Below, in pieces: positions 37,516-45,805 of a stretch of 64,000 nucleotides of DNA. The first letter of the stretch is position 1. Each line of letters starts with the position of its first letter. A program made the position numbers and the translations under genes. Below the pieces are notes generated by a model. The model worked only from the letters and a program-made list of their open reading frames with translations. It did no database searches and had not been told where the DNA came from. The stretch is from Bradymonadia bacterium (GTDB taxonomy: Bacteria; Myxococcota_A; Bradymonadia; UBA7976; UBA1532), in contig JBMHDS010000049.1 in the NCBI GenBank assembly GCA_049889275.1, forward strand, positions 61,501-125,500. The letters are read 5' to 3'.

Positions 37516-38412
37516 ATGTGGAAATACCTAGCAGCGCTTTGCGTATTGCTTCCACTCAAAGCCATCAGCCAAGAAACTGAGTCTGATAGCGGACCCGCCG
37601 AGCCCAAGACAGGCGTTTCCGCGATACTTGGAAAGCTTGATTGGGGTAGTTCGAAAGCGCAAATCTTTGACGACGCCAAAGCTCGACTAGAGCGTGAGTG
37701 GCGAGGGAAAGTGAAAAAACTAGACGCACTCGGCGTCGACAAATTGCGGAAAGCAAAGAAACGTGAGCTCAAGCAGATAGAAGGCTCCTATACACATCTC
37801 ATCGGCCGGAGTTCGGTGCTTGATACGTCTATGCTCGCGGGAGAGTTATCTCGTGGGCTTGGCGACGCGATCATCGAGCAGTCGGTCAAAGGGCAAAAAC
37901 GTTACTATTTCTTGCGGGATGACCGGTTGTGGAAGGTCGCCGTCGTTTTTGACTCTTTTAGCGCCAAGACGTTCAAGAGCTTTACGCAGTTGTTACAGAA
38001 GTCCTTTGGCAAAAAGGCCAAGTCAGGGAAGCCAAAGTCAAAGCACCAGACCCGGGTTTGGCAAGACAAGCTTACAGTTGCCATCGCACATGATTTTCTC
38101 GAATTTTACAGCGGTTACCTCGTGGTCTTCATTCAGAAAGGCATCGGGGAGGAATATCAAGAGACCGTAAAGAAACAAGAGCGCCCGAGTACAGCCGCTG
38201 CCCCGTCCGATGCGATTGGGAATTTGTTCGATGACGATGGAGATGTCGACGACGGCGATGGCAATGTTGTCGACGACCTGACGGGCAGTAAACATGAGGT
38301 CAATCTGAATCGGGCACGTCTTTTTGAAACTCAGGCAGTGCCGACGTTTGAGCCTGAAGATGACGATTCATCAGATCGAAAGAAAAAAAAGACTCGTAAG
38401 AAGAAAAAATAG
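37516..38412 (+). CDS. Exported hypothetical protein
   Basis: GGAGG RBS; signal peptide; LDWGSS and RYYFLRDDRLWKV core; acidic stretch then poly-Lys C-terminus. Confidence 0.75.
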   Translation: MWKYLAALCVLLPLKAISQETESDSGPAEPKTGVSAILGKLDWGSSKAQIFDDAKARLEREWRGKVKKLDALGVDKLRKAKKRELKQIEGSYTHLIGRSSVLDTSMLAGELSRGLGDAIIEQSVKGQKRYYFLRDDRLWKVAVVFDSFSAKTFKSFTQLLQKSFGKKAKSGKPKSKHQTRVWQDKLTVAIAHDFLEFYSGYLVVFIQKGIGEEYQETVKKQERPSTAAAPSDAIGNLFDDDGDVDDGDGNVVDDLTGSKHEVNLNRARLFETQAVPTFEPEDDDSSDRKKKKTRKKKK

Positions 38413-38503
38413 ACGGCCAATGTGGCTCTGTGTATCCCTCGGCTAGGAAATCGTGTACTCAGAAGCCTAGGATTTGATGACGTGTTGAGTGAGAGGAACT
38501 GAT

Positions 38504-39844
38504 ATGTTGGCACACAGGCGGATTTCGTTTTGGGCCCCGCTCTTGGGTCTTGCGCTTTTAGTGGGTTGTGGAAGCGACGGTGAAGCCGAGAAGCCTGTTC
38601 CAGAGGCGATTCCGGATATGCCGAGCATGAGCTATTCGGCAGGGCACCTGTCGGTGAACCAGAGAGCGCTCCCTCTCGACCGCTTCGATCTGCAAGTCTT
38701 GCCTGGTATCAGGACTCACTCGGTGAGCGAGATCAGCGAACTTTTTGGTGCTGTTGTGATCAATGCGCCGTTTGTTGAGTGGCCGGCAGCGTGTGCGCCC
38801 GCGAGTGAATCGAATAATGTTCAGCCCGCAGCAATCGTTGAGGAGAGGCTGAGCGCCATACGTGCAGCGGGGATTGAAAGTCCGACTGTGGCGGTAAACG
38901 TCGACATCCTGACACCTGGGCGCAGCAGCATGTACCACATCTGTTTCGCTGAAGGTGCGAGTCGACCACGTTTCGACGTGTCGGAATATCAGCGACAACT
39001 ATCGGCGGCGATGATGGACTTAGCAGATATCGAGGCCGTGAAGTACATCACCATTGGTGTTGATATGAACGTTTATTATCACAACGAAGTCGACGGAGAA
39101 CGTCCCGCTGACGATTACACGAACTTCATGCTCACCTACCAAAGCCTTTTCGACCAGCTGAAGGAAAAGAGAGCTGATCTGAAAGTTGGGCCGGGCCTTA
39201 ACTACGCTTACTTTCGGGCCCTCGCCATGAGCGAAATTGGTGCTGAATATGGTTACGAACGCCCAGAAGACGATGCGTCGTCGAAGGCATGGGATACATT
39301 CGACGCCGCCGCTTCATATTTTGCGGACCGTCGCCTTGTTGAGCCCTTGATCGCCACAGGAACCGGAGCGAACCGCGTCGTCAAAGCCGATTATATCGGT
39401 TTAAGCTTTATGCCGTTCCCGAATGCCTATCCTTTTAACGGTGAACCACGCCCATCGGACGCAGGTCAACTGCAGCGAGTCATCGATTGGTATCGGCCAC
39501 TCCAGCACCTCGTGAAGGTGGGAGTCGCGGAAGACGCGCCGACGCTGCCGATCGTCGTGACACAAGCCGATTGGCCAGAAGGGCAGATAAAGCGACCAAA
39601 AAAAGCTGTCTTTTTGGAGACACTCAAAGAGGTCCTCAGCCCGTTTCAGGTCGAATGGTTTGCTTGGCGCCGTTTTTCAGACCTGCCCGATCCAGAGGTG
39701 GGGAGCCCTTGTGCCCAGTTTACCCGGTCGAGCGACCCGGAGTTTAGCTTCCCTGGAGAATATTGCGGCAGTGGGATGGTAGACCAGTATGGGACGGTTG
39801 AGGAGTCGGATAGCGTTTTCCGTACACTCACAGAGAGCCCGTAA
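38504..39844 (+). CDS. Lipoprotein with a glycoside-hydrolase-like TIM-barrel domain (catalytic residues apparently degenerate)
   Basis: GAGGAA RBS; lipobox LVGC; YITIGVDMN, LKVGPG, DYIGLSFMP and PIVVTQADWP track clan GH-A strand motifs. Confidence 0.6.
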   Translation: MLAHRRISFWAPLLGLALLVGCGSDGEAEKPVPEAIPDMPSMSYSAGHLSVNQRALPLDRFDLQVLPGIRTHSVSEISELFGAVVINAPFVEWPAACAPASESNNVQPAAIVEERLSAIRAAGIESPTVAVNVDILTPGRSSMYHICFAEGASRPRFDVSEYQRQLSAAMMDLADIEAVKYITIGVDMNVYYHNEVDGERPADDYTNFMLTYQSLFDQLKEKRADLKVGPGLNYAYFRALAMSEIGAEYGYERPEDDASSKAWDTFDAAASYFADRRLVEPLIATGTGANRVVKADYIGLSFMPFPNAYPFNGEPRPSDAGQLQRVIDWYRPLQHLVKVGVAEDAPTLPIVVTQADWPEGQIKRPKKAVFLETLKEVLSPFQVEWFAWRRFSDLPDPEVGSPCAQFTRSSDPEFSFPGEYCGSGMVDQYGTVEESDSVFRTLTESP

Positions 39845-39874
39845 CGAACACATGACAGAGACGGCGACGAGACC

Positions 39875-40246
39875 ATGCCAAAAATAGTATTTTTACCGAC
39901 CTTTCTAACTAAAGACCCCATCTCGGTCGACGTTGAAGAAGGTGTGAGCCTTCAGGAAGCAGCGTTCGATGCCGGCGTCCCTATGGGCGACGCCTGCGGA
40001 GGTAACTGCGGGTGTAGTACCTGTCACGTGTTCGTGACTGACGGCGAGTCGACGCTGAGTGAAATGGAAGATGACGAGGATGATGTTCTCGGCAAAGCCG
40101 ACGATGTTCGTCTTGAGAGCAGACTTGGCTGCCAGGCCTTCGTTGGGACAGGCGATGTGACGGTTCAGATATCCCGAGAGAGCCAGCAAGCATTTATTAA
40201 CGAGCATCCTGAATATCGCGACCGCGTCGGCGACATCATTGATTGA
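39875..40246 (+). CDS. fdx: 2Fe-2S ferredoxin (adrenodoxin/ISC type)
   Basis: ACGGNCGCSTCHV ... SRLGCQ. Confidence 0.92.
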   Translation: MPKIVFLPTFLTKDPISVDVEEGVSLQEAAFDAGVPMGDACGGNCGCSTCHVFVTDGESTLSEMEDDEDDVLGKADDVRLESRLGCQAFVGTGDVTVQISRESQQAFINEHPEYRDRVGDIID

Positions 40247-40261
40247 TCCATTCTCCATCGC

Positions 40262-41494
40262 ATGAATTTTGAACTCCAGATCGCCTTAAGACACCTTCGC
40301 GCGCAGAAGTCGAAGGGCTTATCGCTCGTTGCGTGGTTGTCGATCATTGGCGTAGGTGCTGGTGTGGCGGCCCTCGTTGGGGGGTTCTCGGTGACCAGCG
40401 GTTTTAATCAAGCCTTCTCGGAGAAGCTCCTCGGCGTGACCGCTCACCTCAAAGTCATGAGACCCCAAAACCCCGACCGAGTGATCGAGCAAGCAGAGGC
40501 AGTTCCGGGTATCGTTTCAGCGTCTCCGGCGACACATAATCAAGCTTTGATCACCGGCCCAGCGGGCTCTGTTGGTAGCATCGTAAAGGGGCTACAGCCC
40601 GCTCGGGCCATGAAGACGCTCGCGATCGACAAGCACATGATTCAAGGCGAACTCGGTTCGCTGCGGCGACGGTCGAGCACGCGACCCGCAACAATCGTAC
40701 TTGGAAAGGAACTGGCCAAGGCGATAGATGCCAAGGTAGGGGACGTCGTGTCGTTGCTGTCGCCGGCTCAGAAAGGCGATCAGAAGCAATGGGGGAACGT
40801 CCGAGGGACACCGAAGATGCTGGCCCTCGAGGTGGTGGGTATCTTCAGCTCGGGATACTATGAGTTTGACCGCCTTTATGGGTATATAGAGCTCGGCGAG
40901 GCGCAAAGATTTTTTGAAGTCGGTAGCCGCGTTGACATGGTCGAGTTGCGGGCTGAAAAACCCGATGAAGCGGCCGCTCTCGGTGATATGTTGCGGGAGA
41001 AAATTTCGCTACCTTTTGGCCGCATCATGGATTGGCGGACATCCAATACCAATCTATTCGTCAGCCTCACCATGCAGCGGGTCGCGATCTTGATCGTGCT
41101 GGGCGTGATGGTCATCCTCGCGGCTTGTAACGTCGCGAGCATGTTGATCATGATGGTTATCGAACGTACACGCGATATTGCGATCCTCAAGGCGATGGGT
41201 GTCCGTAATGGCAGTATTCGTAAGATCTTCTTACTCGAAGGGGCGCTTATAGCGCTTGTCGGTACGGTCGGCGGTCTGAGCGTCGCTTTCCTTCTCTTTG
41301 AAGCCATATTGGCCCAGGGGATTCGGCTCGATCCGACGGTCTATGGAATTGAGCGACTCCCCATCTTGTTCAACCTGAGCGACTACCTATTTGCCGCGGC
41401 AGGCGCAATGCTGATCACGGTTGTAGCCGCCCTGATTCCATCCATGAGAGCAGCTCAGCTCAATCCCGTAGATGGTTTAAGGGAGCTTCGGTAA
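40262..41494 (+). CDS. Lipoprotein-releasing ABC permease, LolC/E family
   Basis: IALRHLR, TM1, periplasmic domain, DWRTSN, AACNVASML.M.V.ERTRDIAILKAMG, P..RAA.LNPV..LR. Confidence 0.88.
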   Translation: MNFELQIALRHLRAQKSKGLSLVAWLSIIGVGAGVAALVGGFSVTSGFNQAFSEKLLGVTAHLKVMRPQNPDRVIEQAEAVPGIVSASPATHNQALITGPAGSVGSIVKGLQPARAMKTLAIDKHMIQGELGSLRRRSSTRPATIVLGKELAKAIDAKVGDVVSLLSPAQKGDQKQWGNVRGTPKMLALEVVGIFSSGYYEFDRLYGYIELGEAQRFFEVGSRVDMVELRAEKPDEAAALGDMLREKISLPFGRIMDWRTSNTNLFVSLTMQRVAILIVLGVMVILAACNVASMLIMMVIERTRDIAILKAMGVRNGSIRKIFLLEGALIALVGTVGGLSVAFLLFEAILAQGIRLDPTVYGIERLPILFNLSDYLFAAAGAMLITVVAALIPSMRAAQLNPVDGLRELR

Positions 41495-41538
41495 CGAAGG
41501 TCGCTGCGAGGCCGTTAGATTGACCAGATCGGGTTGCT

Positions 41539-42363
41539 ATGGTAATCGGCGCTATGATGATGAACCACATGAAATATGACGTCCGCCGCCTCATGTTCTT
41601 CTCGATGCTGGCCCTTGTGAGCTTCTGCGGGTGTGGGACGAGTCAGAGACAGGCGAAGGCGGCTAAAGAGTCGGCTCAGTATCACTACAACTTGGCCCAC
41701 GGTTATTATTTCAACTCGACGCGTGCGAATAATGTTGATGGCGCGATGCAAGAAGTCCTCAAAAGCCTTAAGGCCGATCCGTCATATCCCGAAGCACATA
41801 TGCTTGCCGGCATGATCTATATGGGTCGTGAGATACATGTGAAGGCGATTAGACACTTCAAAAAGGCTCTCGAGCTCAAGCCTAATTACTACAAGGCAGC
41901 CAATAACCTTGGCGCAGCTTACCTGCATTTGGGTCGTTGGGATGATGCGATTGAGGTTTATCAGAAGCTGACCAGTAACATCATGTATGTCACGCCTGGC
42001 CACGGCCACAACAACTTGGGGTGGGCTTGGTACAAGAAGGGTGACTTTGATAAAGCCGCCCGTCACTTTCGCATGGCCATCAACCTCGCACCCGAACTGT
42101 GTGTTGCTCAAAACAATCTCGGTTTGGTCATGATGCAGCAGCGAAATACACGTCGCGCGACAAAATTTTTGAAGCGAGCGATAAAAAAATGTCCGAAATA
42201 TGCAGAACCGCACTATCATCTGGGACGAGCTTACAGTGACACCGGTTCATTCACAGACGCTCGCGAGAGTTTCGAGCGATGTTTGAAGCTAGCCGGTGAC
42301 TCAAAATGGGGTGATCGTTGTGCCCAGCGGTTGACGACGCTGCCAAGCTCGAGAGGAAACTGA
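41539..42363 (+). CDS. tgl: Tgl/PilF-type TPR lipoprotein (type IV pilus secretin pilotin)
   Basis: Lipobox-like FCGC; about 6 TPRs (NNLG repeats), Y.TP...NNLGW, several Cys; followed by a RodZ-like HTH gene. True start may be one of the downstream Mets. Confidence 0.8.
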   Translation: MVIGAMMMNHMKYDVRRLMFFSMLALVSFCGCGTSQRQAKAAKESAQYHYNLAHGYYFNSTRANNVDGAMQEVLKSLKADPSYPEAHMLAGMIYMGREIHVKAIRHFKKALELKPNYYKAANNLGAAYLHLGRWDDAIEVYQKLTSNIMYVTPGHGHNNLGWAWYKKGDFDKAARHFRMAINLAPELCVAQNNLGLVMMQQRNTRRATKFLKRAIKKCPKYAEPHYHLGRAYSDTGSFTDARESFERCLKLAGDSKWGDRCAQRLTTLPSSRGN

Positions 42364-42860
42364 TGATAGACTTCACACCCAAGAACGAAACGACGCCGGG
42401 GCAGGTTCTTTATGCTGCGCGGGCACGCCTTGGTCTCTCTCTCGACGCCTGTTCATCGCGTACACGCATTCCAGCTCAATCATTACGCGCACTCGAGCAT
42501 GATAATTGGGCGGCTCTGCCTGCACCGGTTTATGTGAAGGGGTTCATTCGCGCCTACGCCACCGAGCTTGGTCTCGACCCCGATCCGATCGTCGAGGCAT
42601 GGCGCGCAGCTGGTGGAGACAGACGACTTGAGCCCTATCTGGTGAGCACGACGCCCTTTGCTCTTAAAGAGGTCAAAACCGACCGAAAAGGCGCGGTGTG
42701 GGGCGTTGCTGCGGGCTTGGCGGTGGGGGCTGCGGTTCTTGCCATTTGGCTATTTGGTGGCTGGAACGGCAGTCAAACCGTTTTGGGTGACAACGGAGAT
42801 GCCGGCATTGAGGTACCTATCGACGAGGCTGGCGAATCACGCACAACTGTCAGTCCCTGA
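42363..42860 (+). CDS. RodZ-like HTH membrane protein
   Basis: TRI..L.ALE..LPAPVYVKGFIRAYA..LGLD plus one TM; TGATG overlap with the tgl stop, GAGG RBS. Confidence 0.85.
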   Translation: MIDFTPKNETTPGQVLYAARARLGLSLDACSSRTRIPAQSLRALEHDNWAALPAPVYVKGFIRAYATELGLDPDPIVEAWRAAGGDRRLEPYLVSTTPFALKEVKTDRKGAVWGVAAGLAVGAAVLAIWLFGGWNGSQTVLGDNGDAGIEVPIDEAGESRTTVSP

Positions 42861-42886
42861 CCCAAACTCATTGAAGTGAATGTCCA

Positions 42887-44254
42887 ATGCTAAACGCGCG
42901 ACTCCAGCTGCTTCGTGAAAGCCTTCAGAAACTCCTTAGACGAAGCGCCGATGGCCACGTAGAGAGACTCCTAGGCCGAACCCGTAGTGAGGACGTCGCT
43001 GTGGTGATGCGGTTTTTGGACGAACGCCAACAGACTCGGGTTTTTGAGCTGCTGCCTCACGATGAGGCGAGGGCGGAAATCCTCGCGGAAGTCGATGAGC
43101 ATCTTGTCGATGATCTGATTGCCCATCGCTCAGTGTCGGAGCTCAAGCCCGTAATCGCGGCAATGAACGCTGATGATCAAGCTGATATTTTAGCGCTCTT
43201 GCCTGCTGAACTACGCACGGGCTTAATCGATGCGCTGAGGCCTGCAGAGAAGGAAGAACTCGAGGAACTGCTGCATTATGACGCGGAGACCGCGGGCGGC
43301 ATTATGTCGCCCCAATTTTTTGCTCTTCCATCGAGCACCGCAGTCTCCGAGGCGATTAGCGCTTTACAGGCGTCGGCCGATGTTGAGATGGCCTTCTACA
43401 TTTACGTGGTTAACGAACCAGGGCATCTCGTAGGCGTTGTCTCACTCAGAGCGTTAGTGACTCATCCGCCTGACACGACGCTTGAGACTTTGATGGTCAG
43501 CGATGTCATTTCGGTTGCGACCAATACAGATCAGGAAGAGGTGGCGAGATTAGCAGCGCGCTACAACCTACTCGCGATCCCTGTTGTCGACGAGGGGAAT
43601 TGCCTTGTCGGTATCGTCACAATCGATGATGTCATTGACGTCATTCGAGAAGAGGCGACAGAAGACATCCTAAAGATGGCCGGTGCGGATGAGACGGCGT
43701 ACGAGAATAACTCGATCATGCGTAACTTTCGGACCCGCGCGCCTTGGTTGTTTGCGACTTGGTTGGGCGGGCTGAGCGCGAGCGTGCTGATCAGCACCTT
43801 CGAACACCATTTACAGGCCACTGTGGCATTGGCGGCCTTCATACCGATCGTCCTCGGTATGGGTGGTAATGTCGGTATCCAGACAGCGACAATCATTGTT
43901 CGTGGTCTCGCGACCGGTCATGTATCCGAAGGTGTGGGCATGCAATATCTGTTTAGAGAGACATTGATCGGCGTCTTTCTGGGTCTATTGTATGGTGCCC
44001 TAATCGGTGCATATACCGCGGTCGCTTATGGCGAAACAGCGACGGTAATGGAGTTGGCGCTCACCGTCGGTATCAGCGTTTTGGCGAGTATGGCGTCTTC
44101 CGCTGCAGTCGGGGCTTTCACACCTCTCTTGTTTCATCGGATGCGCATTGATCCAGCCATCGCTACGGGGCCCATCGTGACAACATCGGTCGATGTTCTC
44201 GGCATTCTCGTCTATTTCTGGACTGCGACCCTGATTCTTGGCTTGCCAACATGA
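42887..44254 (+). CDS. mgtE: Magnesium transporter MgtE
   Basis: TAGGIM, CBS pair, GIVTIDD, EEATED, R.PWL, GGNVG.Q, DPAIATGP.VTT..D. Confidence 0.96.
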   Translation: MLNARLQLLRESLQKLLRRSADGHVERLLGRTRSEDVAVVMRFLDERQQTRVFELLPHDEARAEILAEVDEHLVDDLIAHRSVSELKPVIAAMNADDQADILALLPAELRTGLIDALRPAEKEELEELLHYDAETAGGIMSPQFFALPSSTAVSEAISALQASADVEMAFYIYVVNEPGHLVGVVSLRALVTHPPDTTLETLMVSDVISVATNTDQEEVARLAARYNLLAIPVVDEGNCLVGIVTIDDVIDVIREEATEDILKMAGADETAYENNSIMRNFRTRAPWLFATWLGGLSASVLISTFEHHLQATVALAAFIPIVLGMGGNVGIQTATIIVRGLATGHVSEGVGMQYLFRETLIGVFLGLLYGALIGAYTAVAYGETATVMELALTVGISVLASMASSAAVGAFTPLLFHRMRIDPAIATGPIVTTSVDVLGILVYFWTATLILGLPT

Positions 44255-44964
44255 CCCGAGAAGGGGTCGTTCTAAAGACACGACCGCATCGCGACCATGA
44301 CATTATAGTGGAGTTACTGACGGGCGAGTACGGGCGTTTATCCTTGGTGGCCCGGGCGGCTCGGAAAAGCACGAAGCGCTTCGGCGGCGCGCTGGAGCTC
44401 GGCACCAAGATTCAGGCTGAGATAAAGCCGGCTCGGCGCGGGCCTTTGAATTCGTTAAGTACCTGTTCCATTCTCAGGGCGCCGCGGAATACCAGTCGTC
44501 ACCTCGAGAGGATCTACCAACTCGCCTACGTCCTGGAGATTATGGAGCGGCTCACGCTACAAGGACAAGAAGAACGGGCAAATACCGCCGGTCTGGAAGC
44601 CTACCTCGAGCTGCTCGAAGACGTTACACCGTCCCACGCCGACTTAGTGAATTGGGAACTGTGGGTCCTGCGACAAAATGGCTATGACTTTCAGCTTTGG
44701 CCGTGTATGGAGAGCGGTTTACAGGCGGATGGCTTTAGTCTCGCGTTTGGCGGCGCCATCTCGACGGCCCGAATCAGAGCAAATGACACCTTCGTCTGTC
44801 CGGGCGCTGCTCTGAAGGCGGCATCTGAGATGTCTACAGGTGAGTTCTCAGGGGCAGGGGACGAAGTGCATGGTGGTGTGAGAGGTTTACTCAACCATAT
44901 TTGGAATGGAGTGTTGGAGCGTCCTCTGAAGAGTGCTGTGTTTATCGGGCCGGGAAGTTTTTGA
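44251..44964 (+). CDS. recO: DNA repair protein RecO
   Basis: EGVVLK..D.IV.LLT.EYGR..VAR.ARKS.KRFGG.LE OB fold; C-terminal LKS. Confidence 0.85.
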   Translation: MTREGVVLKTRPHRDHDIIVELLTGEYGRLSLVARAARKSTKRFGGALELGTKIQAEIKPARRGPLNSLSTCSILRAPRNTSRHLERIYQLAYVLEIMERLTLQGQEERANTAGLEAYLELLEDVTPSHADLVNWELWVLRQNGYDFQLWPCMESGLQADGFSLAFGGAISTARIRANDTFVCPGAALKAASEMSTGEFSGAGDEVHGGVRGLLNHIWNGVLERPLKSAVFIGPGSF

Positions 44965-45042
44965 GCCGCACGAGAGGCCACCAAGAGCAAAGTCTCCGTT
45001 TACAGTGGGAACAATCTGAGGCAATTTAGACGGCGTCGGTAA

Positions 45043-45717
45043 ATGAGGAGTGATCATATGAGTAGCAATAATCGTAAGATTTCATACAGTTTTCAGGTGC
45101 TTATCATCGCGTCGATGTTGTTTTCTGGATTGGCGTTTGCCGATAAGGGCAAGTCCGCGCCCGGTGGGAAGAAAAGTGACTTAGGTTTTACAGCGCCGGG
45201 TAAAGGAAATGACTTACTGCTTCAGTTCGTGACGAAGCAGGGCACGATTCGTTGTCGCCTATTCTACAAACGAGCCCCTAAAACCGTTGCGAACTTTGCA
45301 GCGCTCGCATTGGGTCAAAAGGAGTTCCGGGACGCCAACACCATGATGATGCAGAAGAAACCGTATTATGACGGCCTCATTTTTCACCGTGTGATTCCGG
45401 ACTTCATGATTCAGGGTGGGTGTCCCCTCAAATCCGGTAGCGGCGGACCTGGTTATAGCATCCCGGACGAGTTTCATCCCGAACTCCAGCACGACCGAGC
45501 GGGCATTCTGAGCATGGCCAACCGCGGCCCGAATACGGGTGGCAGTCAGTTCTTTATCACCGATAAGGCGACGCCCTGGCTCAATAACCGGCATGCTGTT
45601 TTCGGTGAGTGCAAAGACCTGAAGGTGGTGAGTAAAATTGCGCGCGTGCCAGCGATTCAGACCAGACCACGAGATGAAGTGCCGATGCAGGTCAAGATTC
45701 AATGGGGCACATGGTAA
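45043..45717 (+). CDS. Exported cyclophilin-type peptidyl-prolyl isomerase
   Basis: APKTVANF, YDGLIFHRVIPDFMIQGG, LSMANRGPNTGGSQFFIT, HAVFG; signal peptide. Confidence 0.95.
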   Translation: MRSDHMSSNNRKISYSFQVLIIASMLFSGLAFADKGKSAPGGKKSDLGFTAPGKGNDLLLQFVTKQGTIRCRLFYKRAPKTVANFAALALGQKEFRDANTMMMQKKPYYDGLIFHRVIPDFMIQGGCPLKSGSGGPGYSIPDEFHPELQHDRAGILSMANRGPNTGGSQFFITDKATPWLNNRHAVFGECKDLKVVSKIARVPAIQTRPRDEVPMQVKIQWGTW

Positions 45718-45748
45718 GCGCATTGCCATTAGGTTCATCTTTTATCTA

Positions 45749-45771
45749 GGCGAGTTCGGCGGAAACTTGCC
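45749..45771 (+). terminator. Possible terminator hairpin
   Basis: GGCGAGTT-loop-AACTTGCC (one G:U pair) with a weak T tract. Confidence 0.25.
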
Positions 45772-45805
45772 CGTTTGATAACTTGCATCGTAGCATCCGG
45801 GAATC

